From the NCBI GenBank assembly GCA_041576165.1, contig JBFGLM010000084.1, forward strand, positions 1-13,971: a stretch of DNA of 13,971 nucleotides, in the 5' to 3' direction. This DNA is from Acidimicrobiia bacterium (lineage in GTDB: Bacteria; Actinomycetota; Acidimicrobiia; Spongiisociales; Spongiisociaceae). Under the pieces are notes generated by a model that did not search any database, was not told where the DNA came from, and saw only the letters and a program-made list of their open reading frames with translations. The position numbers and the translations under genes were made by a program. Positions 1 through 6,936 of the stretch are shown one piece after another (position 1 is the stretch's first letter; the number at the start of each line of letters is the position of its first letter).

Positions 1-189
1 ACAGTAGGTGGAGCCGTCTCCGCACCCGACGGTGATACCGGTTCCGGCCATCCATTCAATCCCCGGTGCGTGCACCGATCCGTCCACCACGTCCGTATAG
101 ATGTGGACGGCGAGTGCTGCGCCCGGGATTGTCAGCACCACCACAACGCCGATAATGATCATCGTCCGCTTGGACAGTGTGACCTCCAC
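1..189 (-). CDS. S-layer homology (SLH) domain secreted protein, N-terminal part (runs off window edge)
   Basis: Not in the ORF track. Manual translation from GTG at 189: MEVTLSKRTMIIIGVVVVLTIPGAALAVHIYTDVVDGSVHAPGIEWMAGTGITVGCGDGSTYC. Signal peptide ending ALA, then an SLH-like YTDV...IEWMA..GIT.GC...YC motif; GGAGGTG RBS upstream. Confidence 0.8.
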   Translation of the reverse strand, partial: MEVTLSKRTMIIIGVVVVLTIPGAALAVHIYTDVVDGSVHAPGIEWMAGTGITVGCGDGSTYC

Positions 190-211
190 GCGACACCTCC
201 CCTGCACGCGA

Positions 212-240
212 GTGAGGTCCGCCGCCCTGGCGAACCTCAC
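212..240 (-). terminator. Hairpin between merB-like stop and SLH gene start (possible terminator or 5' UTR stem)
   Basis: GTGAGGT(212-218)/ACCTCAC(234-240) plus CGCC/GGCG. On the minus strand a U-G wobble makes a continuous 12-bp stem. No U-tract. Confidence 0.3.
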
Positions 241-309
241 CTAGCAGGCTATCGAAGCGTGAGCGGACCGGCAGAGTAACCCGGGCGCTGCGGTCCCCCT
301 GCCCGGGCG

Positions 310-981
310 TCAGCTGTCCAGCCCGTCGCCGTAGATAGCCCCGGTGACCTGGCGGCCGACCTCGAAGGCATCGTCGACTGAGAGGGCGAACAATTCGTCA
401 GGACGGCCCGCCATCCACTCCGTGGCGTTGAAACCGTTCTCGAAGAACAGGACCTTGTGGCAGAAGCCGGCCACCACATCTGCGTCGAATGGTCCATCAG
501 GCACCAGGAAAGTGACCACCGTTTCGGGCGGGTGGCAACGGAGGACGCGTTGGGGAGTCACTGTCAGGCTGATCTCTTCACCGGAGAGTCCATCAGTCGC
601 GATGACCCGCACGGTCTCGCCGAGCAGACGGGGCAGGAACAGCGTGTCCCAGGCGCACCATGCGTATGCCACTACCGTTTCAGGGCCGATTTCAAGGCGG
701 TATTGCGGGTGGAGCGGATCACGGGCCAGGCCCCAAAACCCCACGATCGCGTCGTCATCATCCCGGTACACGCCGGGCCACAGCCGGAGTCGCTGAGCGA
801 CCTGGTCGACCGGCGCTCCCACTGCTTCGGCTACTTGCCGGTCGAACACCGATTCACCGCGGGCAAGCAGGCGGTAGGTGGCCAATACGATCCGGCGGTC
901 CAACGCATCGAGGTGGGGGGTGGCCGCCGCCAGTGCAGCGGCGAGATCGGAGATAGTCGGTGGATTCGTGACAACTGTCAT
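310..981 (-). CDS. merB: Organomercurial (alkylmercury) lyase MerB-like protein
   Basis: N-terminal HTH-like segment (YRLLARGESV...VAEAVG), DAIVGFWGL, catalytic YAWCAWDTL (Cys/Asp) and FCHKVLFF (second Cys), final LSVDDAFEVG. AGGAG lies 5 nt before the ATG at 981, so this start is preferred over 987. Confidence 0.88.
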   Translation of the reverse strand: MTVVTNPPTISDLAAALAAATPHLDALDRRIVLATYRLLARGESVFDRQVAEAVGAPVDQVAQRLRLWPGVYRDDDDAIVGFWGLARDPLHPQYRLEIGPETVVAYAWCAWDTLFLPRLLGETVRVIATDGLSGEEISLTVTPQRVLRCHPPETVVTFLVPDGPFDADVVAGFCHKVLFFENGFNATEWMAGRPDELFALSVDDAFEVGRQVTGAIYGDGLDS

Positions 982-1029
982 CGGCACTCCTAGCTCTTGA
1001 ATCGAGGTGACAACCAGAGGTGGCGACGG

Positions 1030-1506
1030 TCAGTCGTTGAGTACGGTGAAGATCCGCCAGCTCACGGCGGCCAGCAACCCCTCTTCTTCCAGCATCTCGG
1101 TCTTGCCCTCAGCCACGTACACGTAGTCGTTGAGCCATTGATATCGCTCATCGCCAGTCTCGAATCGGGGGGTGGACATGAGGTACATCTGACCGAAGTC
1201 CGCGGGCGCGCCCTCAGCGGGAGGTGCGTTTGTCGGATCACTACGCCAGACACCCTGGTTCTGCACGTAGATGATCGCGCCGTCATCGGATTCGAGCGCG
1301 ATGCGGATGTCGAGCCGCATAGTGCCGTTGGGTTCGGCCAGAGGCCAGTCACCCCCGCCCGGGAGCAGGCGGCCCTTCAGTCGAAGTCCTTCGAAGGTGC
1401 CGTCCGCCGCGTTGTAGATGTAGCGAATGCCGTACGGACCGGCGCCGGCATCCAGCCACGGGTCATAGAGCCGTCCGGTCAAGTCCATCAAGTGCTCGAG
1501 CTGCAT
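1030..1506 (-). CDS. DUF3237 family beta-barrel protein
   Basis: Motifs GPYGIR, GTFEGLRLKGRLLPGGGDW, LDIRIALESDDGAIIYV, YLMSTPRFETGDERYQWLN. Strong RBS GAAAGGAG before the ATG at 1506; the ORF-track extension to 1668 overlaps arsR. Confidence 0.88.
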   Translation of the reverse strand: MQLEHLMDLTGRLYDPWLDAGAGPYGIRYIYNAADGTFEGLRLKGRLLPGGGDWPLAEPNGTMRLDIRIALESDDGAIIYVQNQGVWRSDPTNAPPAEGAPADFGQMYLMSTPRFETGDERYQWLNDYVYVAEGKTEMLEEEGLLAAVSWRIFTVLND

Positions 1507-1544
1507 GTGACTCTCCTTTCTCACACCAGAGCACACCTGGATTG

Positions 1545-1586
1545 ATCGAGAAATATCGATGTATTGAACCATCGAGATACGTCGAT
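1545..1586. promoter_or_regulatory. Two tandem ArsR-type operator palindromes ATCGA-N6-TCGAT (1545-1560, 1571-1586)
   Basis: ATCGAgaaataTCGAT and ATCGAgatacgTCGAT in the AT-rich divergent gap between DUF3237 and arsR. Confidence 0.75.
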
Positions 1587-1595
1587 CATTCCCGA

Positions 1596-1601
1596 TAGAC
1601 T
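1596..1601 (+). promoter_or_regulatory. -10 element TAGACT of a probably leaderless arsR transcript
   Basis: TANNNT hexamer ending 6 nt before the ATG at 1608; no clear Shine-Dalgarno sequence. Confidence 0.5.
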
Positions 1602-1607
1602 GAAAAG

Positions 1608-1952
1608 ATGGATCACTGCACGCTGGCCTGCTGCGCCGAAGCCGGCACCTTGAGCACCGACGCCGCAAGTGAGCTGGCGACCGGATTCAAAGCGCTGGGT
1701 GACCCGCATCGGGTGGCGGTGGTCGACTTGTTGTTGCGCGCCGGGGAGCCGGTGTGTGTGGTCGACATCGAACGCCACCTACCGCTGGCGCAATCAACCG
1801 TCAGCTACCACCTGAAAACGTTGATCGGCGCCGGCATCCTCGAGCGAGAGCGGAGGGGCCGCTGGATGTTTTACACCGTTCGGCCCGAAGGCCTCGATCT
1901 TCTGCGCGGAGCGCTCGCCGGATTCCTCAGCGTGACCAGCCTGAATACCTGA
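1608..1952 (+). CDS. ArsR/SmtB family metalloregulatory repressor
   Basis: FKALGDPHRVAVV...VCVVDI...LAQSTVSYHLKTL..AGIL..ERRGRWMFY winged HTH; N-terminal CxxxCC and an alpha3 Cys. Confidence 0.93.
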   Translation: MDHCTLACCAEAGTLSTDAASELATGFKALGDPHRVAVVDLLLRAGEPVCVVDIERHLPLAQSTVSYHLKTLIGAGILERERRGRWMFYTVRPEGLDLLRGALAGFLSVTSLNT

Positions 1953-1974
1953 GACCACCTGGTCCCTCGAAGTC

Positions 1975-2005
1975 TTGACCTTCAAGCAGGTTGAAGCTGT
2001 ATGTT
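1975..2005 (+). promoter_or_regulatory. MerR-family-type promoter/operator
   Basis: TTGACC(1975-1980), 19-bp spacer, TATGTT(2000-2005), with dyad CTTCAA-gcagg-TTGAAG (1980-1996) across the spacer. Confidence 0.75.
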
Positions 2006-2032
2006 GGGATGCCGGCCGAGCAAAGGAACGCC

Positions 2033-2341
2033 ATGGAGCTAACGCTGCAGTATTTCGACGGCTGTCCCAATTGGAAGATCGCTGAGCGCCGGCTCGCCAC
2101 GCTGATTCAGCAGCAGGGACTCGAGGTTGAGATCCGCTACCAGCTCATCGACTCGCCCGAGGCCGCCGCCGAGCATGGGTTTCGGGGTTCACCCACCATT
2201 CTCGTCAACGGGTCGGATCCGTTTGCGGCGCCCGACGCGCCCGTGGGTCTCAGCTGTCGGGTGTACCCCACCGACGACGGACCAGCGGGCTCGCCTACGT
2301 TGCAGCAACTGGCGGAAGCAATGCAAGCGGCAAGCGGGTGA
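2033..2341 (+). CDS. Small thioredoxin-fold protein (YFDGCPNW / GSPT / SCRVY family, commonly linked to mer/MerB loci)
   Basis: MELTLQYFDGCPNW...GFRGSPTILVNGSDPF...GLSCRVY; AAAGGA RBS before the ATG at 2033. Confidence 0.82.
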   Translation: MELTLQYFDGCPNWKIAERRLATLIQQQGLEVEIRYQLIDSPEAAAEHGFRGSPTILVNGSDPFAAPDAPVGLSCRVYPTDDGPAGSPTLQQLAEAMQAASG

Positions 2342-2345
2342 TCAG

Positions 2346-3122
2346 ATGGTGACGCCGATCGAGCGAGACGAGGTGATCCGGCTCATCGACGCCGGGGCAT
2401 ACGTCATCGACGTCCTCCCCGAGCGCGAATACTCCGAGTCTCACCTCCCGGGCGCCATCAACATTCCATTGAAAGAACTCACCGAGTCCGCGGTTGAGGA
2501 GCTGCGGCGGGACAAGCCGGTGGTTGTCTACTGACACGACGGCTTGTGAGACATGTCTCCGCGAGCCGCGTGCCGGCTCGAGCGTCTCGGGTTTGAACAG
2601 GTCTACGACTACGTCTCGGGCATCGCTGACTGGAAGGCAGCCGGGCTGGTGACCGATGGAGAGGCCGCTCCGGTGCAGCGCGTGGCCGATGCGACCCGGC
2701 CCGACATTCCAACATGTCGGTCGGACGAGTCGGTTGGAGAGGCGAAATCGCGCACAATCGGTGCCGGCTGGGACGAATGCGTCGTGGTCGACTGCGATGA
2801 CATCGTGGTCGGGCGGCTGCGCGGCAGTGCGTGGGAAGCGGACCCAGGCGCAAAGGTCGACGTAGTCATGGAGCCCGGTCCGACCACCGTGAGGCCCGAT
2901 GGGTTGCTCCAGCCGCTGGTCGAACGCATGGGAGAACGCGGCACCCGCCTGGTTCTGGTGACGACCGCGCAGGGCGGGCTAGTGGGTGCTCTGCTCAGAG
3001 CTGAAGCCGAACGCTTGCTCACTGGCGAGCCGCCCGAGCAGATCTGGGCGGACTGCGAGGGCTGCCCCGGCGGATGGCGCATCGTGCCCGGTTCACGCGA
3101 GGCGCCGAATGGGGGAGAATGA
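2346..3122 (+). CDS. Rhodanese-like + CBS-pair fusion, predicted selenoprotein with two Sec (U63, U68)
   Basis: One frame from ATG 2346: IDVLPEREYSESHLPGAINIP...KPVVVY-TGA(2532)-HDGL-TGA(2547)-DMSPRAACRLERLGFEQVYDYVSGIADWKAAGL completes a rhodanese domain only if both UGAs are read through. CBS-like repeats and a C-terminal CEGC follow. 258 aa. Confidence 0.85.
2535..2588 (+). promoter_or_regulatory. Candidate bacterial SECIS element(s) inside the coding sequence
   Basis: Hairpin A spans 2535-2572, starting right after UGA1. Hairpin B is CGAGCCG(2562-2568)-CGTGC-CGGCTCG(2574-2580), starting 12 nt after UGA2 with GU in the loop; it can extend via GAGAC(2548-2552)/GTCTC(2584-2588). Confidence 0.6.
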
Positions 3123-3126
3123 GTCG

Positions 3127-3402
3127 ATGGATGATCGCCGCTTCACTCAGGAGGAAACGGCGGATCTCATCCGCCGCGCGACCGAGCTCCGGCATCAGCA
3201 GGACGATGAGCTGACCTACGACCAACTCATCGAGATCGCCGAGGAGGTTGGCATCGACAAGAGGTCGGTGGATGAGGCGTTACGCGCAGCCGAGATCGAG
3301 GAGGCCGAGCGCGCAGACCGGGCAAGCGCGGTGCAGCACACCCACTCTGTGCTGGATCGATGCCTCGAGATCCTCTGCCTCAAGCCACGCTCCGGCACCT
3401 AG
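3127..3402 (+). CDS. Small helical hypothetical protein (F(T/S)QEE..LIRRA...LTYDQL.EIAEEVGI type)
   Basis: GGGGGAG RBS; starts 4 nt after the rhodanese-CBS stop. Resembles the soluble N-terminal domain often found ahead of 2TM-domain proteins, but lacks TM segments. Confidence 0.7.
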   Translation: MDDRRFTQEETADLIRRATELRHQQDDELTYDQLIEIAEEVGIDKRSVDEALRAAEIEEAERADRASAVQHTHSVLDRCLEILCLKPRSGT

Positions 3403-3452
3403 CCAGCTGCAACCTCGACCGCCGGCTCGACTGCGTCGCAAATCCGGGTCTC

Positions 3453-4127
3453 TCAGCCGATGAGGGGCAGACGTGGGTCGGGGTGCTCGAAACTGCGGCC
3501 CGAGGCCGCTCGGATCCAAGTCAGGTTGTCGCTGAGATCCGCCGGCCGTCCTGCAACCGTGCGCCTGGCGAGCAACTGGTCGAGTATGTCGGCCGTGACT
3601 GCAATCCCCTCCGTTGTCGCCACCGGATCCCAGCCGAGGGCGTCGGTCAGGTCGAGCCCATGCACGACCGCCTCGACGATCCGCGTCGGGATGAATTCAC
3701 CCAGCTCCATCAAGGCGTAATAGCCCGAGCCCACAGTCTCGGGCGGGCTGACTCGCGACTCCTCGATGGTCTTGCCGAACGTCTCTTCGAGGACCTTGAC
3801 CATATCCGAGGGTGCTTTCCTCTCGACCATTGTGTACGCATAGTCGTATACGACCGGTGCCACTTCCGATCTCGGGAATATGAAGAAACTCACCCGATCG
3901 CGCCCGGGCTGACCTTCCTGCGGCTCTGCGATCAACATCCGGGTGAGCCCGATCGAGATATCGAAGTGGCCGGCCAGTTCGAAAACCGTCCAATGCGGGA
4001 GCGACGGATCGAGCGGCTCGAGCCGGGTCGGTGTTGACCACTGTTCCCCTTCGACCCGCCGGAAACCGTCCAGGACTTGCCCGAGCTCCCGCTCCAAAAT
4101 GTCCACTGCATCGCTGAACGCCGACAC
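3453..4127 (-). CDS. Maleylpyruvate isomerase N-terminal (MDMPI/DinB-like) metal-binding family protein
   Basis: W.TPTR...WTVFELAGH and RIVEAVVHGLDL motifs (His...Glu-x3-His metal site); GAAAGGAAGG RBS before the GTG at 4127. Confidence 0.85.
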   Translation of the reverse strand: MSAFSDAVDILERELGQVLDGFRRVEGEQWSTPTRLEPLDPSLPHWTVFELAGHFDISIGLTRMLIAEPQEGQPGRDRVSFFIFPRSEVAPVVYDYAYTMVERKAPSDMVKVLEETFGKTIEESRVSPPETVGSGYYALMELGEFIPTRIVEAVVHGLDLTDALGWDPVATTEGIAVTADILDQLLARRTVAGRPADLSDNLTWIRAASGRSFEHPDPRLPLIG

Positions 4128-4279
4128 AATCCTTCCTTTCTCGGCCAGGATTGAAGCTACCCGCACCACTCCGCCCGTGTGCCAGGGCTCCCGGATACGC
4201 CGCCCACGCCCCGCATCTTGCGCCTGGCCATCCGGGAACCTCAAGCCTCTCGGCGTGCCGCCGGACAGCCGGGACTCGG

Positions 4280-4660
4280 CTACGGGAACAACGGGAACAG
4301 GCAGAACGGGTGCCCGGCCGGATCGAGCATCACCCGCACGCCGTCCTGCGGCTGAAACTCGGCGAGGACGGCCCCGACCGACTGGGCCCAAGCCACGCCC
4401 TTTTCCATGTCCTCAACGCCGATGTCGAGGTGCATCATCATCTGCGGATCTCCCGGGCCCGCCGGCCACACCGGCGGAACATGATGTGGCTCGAATTGAA
4501 ACGACAGTCCGGTGCCGCCCTCCGGATGACGAAGCATGACCCAATCGCCCTCGTCGACGGCAATTGGCCACCCAAGCAGCCGGCTATAGAACTGCGCCAG
4601 CTCGCGGGCGTCAGAGGCACCGAGTACAACCGCTGATATCCGCATCGGGGGCCGCGCCAC
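4280..4660 (-). CDS. VOC/glyoxalase-bleomycin resistance family protein
   Basis: LAQFYSRLLGW, LSFQ...PPVWP, QMMMHLDIGV, VMLDPAGHPFCL. Start is either GTG 4660 (TAGTTT 7 nt upstream, leaderless-like) or ATG 4645. Confidence 0.9.
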   Translation of the reverse strand: MARPPMRISAVVLGASDARELAQFYSRLLGWPIAVDEGDWVMLRHPEGGTGLSFQFEPHHVPPVWPAGPGDPQMMMHLDIGVEDMEKGVAWAQSVGAVLAEFQPQDGVRVMLDPAGHPFCLFPLFP

Positions 4661-4807
4661 GGCCAGAAAACTACACGCGTCGAACCGTGCCGCATGCTGC
4701 GCTGGCGTTGTTGCATCCGCAGTCGGAGTCACCCAACGCGGCTTCGTTTCTCGCACGGTACGGGGCTCGTGGACGCGCACCCGCCCGTGTGTCTAGCGTT
4801 GCAGCTC

Positions 4808-5173
4808 ATGGGTCTGGTGTGGCGCCTCGTCATCACCGCCGCGGCTGTGTGGCTGACTGCGACTTTCCTTCCGGGCATTGTCGTCGAGGATGGGGTCTCG
4901 GATCTCGTCCTCGCGGCGTTCGTGTTCGGGGTTGTGAACGCTTTCATCCTGCCGGTCTTGCGGCTCCTGACCAGAGAGATCACTCTGGTCAAACTGGGCG
5001 TTCTCACGCTGGCGGTCAACGCGTTCATGGTGTTGGTGACCGCCGCGTTGGTCGAATCGCCTTCGCTCAGGGGACCGGTGTCCGAACAGGTCCTGACGGG
5101 CATCCTGATCACGGTGATTGTGTCAGCTGTGAGCGTGCTGCTCAGCTGGTATCTGCCGGACCCCATCACCTGA
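4808..5173 (+). CDS. 4-TMS membrane protein, phage holin superfamily IV (DUF360/YvlD-like)
   Basis: Four hydrophobic segments; LVITAAAVWL...PGI, VFGVVNAFILPVLRLL, LGVLTLAVNAFM motifs. Confidence 0.8.
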   Translation: MGLVWRLVITAAAVWLTATFLPGIVVEDGVSDLVLAAFVFGVVNAFILPVLRLLTREITLVKLGVLTLAVNAFMVLVTAALVESPSLRGPVSEQVLTGILITVIVSAVSVLLSWYLPDPIT

Positions 5174-5236
5174 CGGCGTAATCGGCAGCCGGCCACTGTG
5201 CCATCCGCAGAAAGCAGCGGGGCGGCTGGAACCTCT

Positions 5237-6280
5237 TCACTGTGACAGCGCGGTTCGCGCGTCGGCGATATCACCCTGCCACGCGTTGATCGCGAGAATC
5301 GGGCGGAACCCCATTGCGACGTTGATGTTGAGCATGGCTTCGTTGGAGCCGGCGTTGCCGGTGTAGATACGCTCCGCAACAGGGAACTCGGCCACGAAAC
5401 GCTTGATATTGGAGGCCTTTATGAGGCGCCCCAGCCCCCGGTTGCGGTGGGCCGGGTCGACCACCGTGTCACCTTGGTTCGCGATTTCGGGGTCGTGGGT
5501 CTGGGCATGCAGCGTTGTCATCCCTGCGAAATCGCCTGAGTCGCGATGGACCGCAACACAGGCGCGCATCTGATCGCCACGCGTCTCGAGGCTGGCCTCG
5601 ATGCTTCGCCACTTGTCCGGAGTCATGGTCTCGTCCTCGAGATCGAGGTCTTCGAGCGGGGCCGTATTCATCGCCTCGCAGATCCGGCACCACGCAGCGA
5701 CGTGGTCGTCCGGAATGGGAGGCTGAAGGTAGAGCAGGTCGTAATCGGCCGCCCGTTCGCCCGCCCGCTCTATCCATTTGTCCATCAGGTCCCAGTCAAC
5801 ATCCTTGACGAATAGCCGGCTGATCTTCTCACCCAGCACCTTCTTGAGACCCAGCCGTTCGAGTGCGGGCTCCAGCGGCGAGCCGTCGGGTGTGTCGATG
5901 ATCAGTTTCGACCGGCCTTCTCGTTCGAGTCCGTCGAGCCCGGCCGCGAGGAGCCGGCGACCGACCCCGCGGCGGCGGGCGTCCCGGCGCACGGCCAATG
6001 TGAGCAGGCCGCTGTCCTTGTGATCCTGCCACGTGGCCATGTGGCAGACACCCAGCACGTCGTCGCTCTCCGACGCTGCCCACCAGCGGTCCGTGCGGTG
6101 CGTGCCGACCAGCGAACGCCAGTATGCCCGATGCTGCTCGAACGGCGTCCGCGGCTCTTCCGGATAGAAATCAGCCTCGAGGTCGAGATAGGCGAGGTGC
6201 ATACCTCGCAACAGGGTGTCGGAGGCCGACCGCACATTGAACTCGTCCACGTCAACACTCATACGTCGAGATCCGGTCAT
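5237..6280 (-). CDS. Tandem-domain GNAT N-acetyltransferase
   Basis: Two acetyl-CoA motifs (VRRDARRRGVGRRLL; TVVDPAHRNRGLG) and C-terminal TGNAGSNEAMLNINVAMGF. Start may be at 6262. Confidence 0.9.
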   Translation of the reverse strand: MTGSRRMSVDVDEFNVRSASDTLLRGMHLAYLDLEADFYPEEPRTPFEQHRAYWRSLVGTHRTDRWWAASESDDVLGVCHMATWQDHKDSGLLTLAVRRDARRRGVGRRLLAAGLDGLEREGRSKLIIDTPDGSPLEPALERLGLKKVLGEKISRLFVKDVDWDLMDKWIERAGERAADYDLLYLQPPIPDDHVAAWCRICEAMNTAPLEDLDLEDETMTPDKWRSIEASLETRGDQMRACVAVHRDSGDFAGMTTLHAQTHDPEIANQGDTVVDPAHRNRGLGRLIKASNIKRFVAEFPVAERIYTGNAGSNEAMLNINVAMGFRPILAINAWQGDIADARTALSQ

Positions 6281-6373
6281 GAAGTTCCGCGAAGGCTATA
6301 TCGGCACTCCGCCCGAGGCGGGGGAATATCGCCAGCAGTGAAATCGCTCGACTTCGCGAGGTAGCCTCGACCC

Positions 6374-6907
6374 GTGGCAACGGTAGAGCGAACACATCAT
6401 GCTCGTGGTCGGCGGGAGGGACTGACCACGCTCGAGCAGCGCTTCCTGTTCGGTGGCGAGGGCGCCGATGCTCAGACACTTTCGGCAGTGTTGCTGACCG
6501 CGCCCCTTACCGGGGCTGGTTCGATATTTGGTGACCGGCCGGGGGAGACCAATGCCCGCACGGAGCAGTCGTGGACCGTGCAACGCTTCTCCCCTGCTCC
6601 CGGCTTTTCCTTCGATGTAGACCTCACGCAACGCTCCGATGGCGAATTCGTGGTGAGGTTCTCACAGCCCGAACGCCGGGTGCCGTACCTCGAAGGCGAG
6701 TTCCTGTGGACGGTGACGGACGAGCCCGGCGGAGCAGTTCTTGACGAACAGATCAACACAGAGAGCGCCCATGTCGTGGTCAGCGAGCCGTTACATGGGG
6801 CGCGGCCTTCGATCCGGCGCTGGTTGTTCTTTCGTGCCGGTCACCAACAGGTGATGAGTCGCATGACGAACAATGTTGCGGCGCTTCTGAGCCCCGGGAT
6901 CCCCTAG
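6374..6907 (+). CDS. Hypothetical protein
   Basis: 177-aa ORF filling the gap between GNAT and the next gene; TAGCCT 6 nt before the GTG (leaderless-like). No family recognised. Confidence 0.65.
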   Translation: MATVERTHHARGRREGLTTLEQRFLFGGEGADAQTLSAVLLTAPLTGAGSIFGDRPGETNARTEQSWTVQRFSPAPGFSFDVDLTQRSDGEFVVRFSQPERRVPYLEGEFLWTVTDEPGGAVLDEQINTESAHVVVSEPLHGARPSIRRWLFFRAGHQQVMSRMTNNVAALLSPGIP

Positions 6908-6936
6908 CGCTGCTCCCGACCTGCCACGATCGGCGA

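Noticed and set aside
2532-2549. Pseudogene or split-gene reading of the rhodanese gene, or genome-wide UGA reassignment
   Set aside because: Both stops fall at expected Cys positions with no other decay and with SECIS-like stems downstream; many neighbouring genes terminate normally at TGA.
4808-5173. Holin-like gene as evidence of a prophage
   Set aside because: This 4-TMS family is a common chromosomal membrane protein; no integrase, capsid, terminase or lysin in the window.
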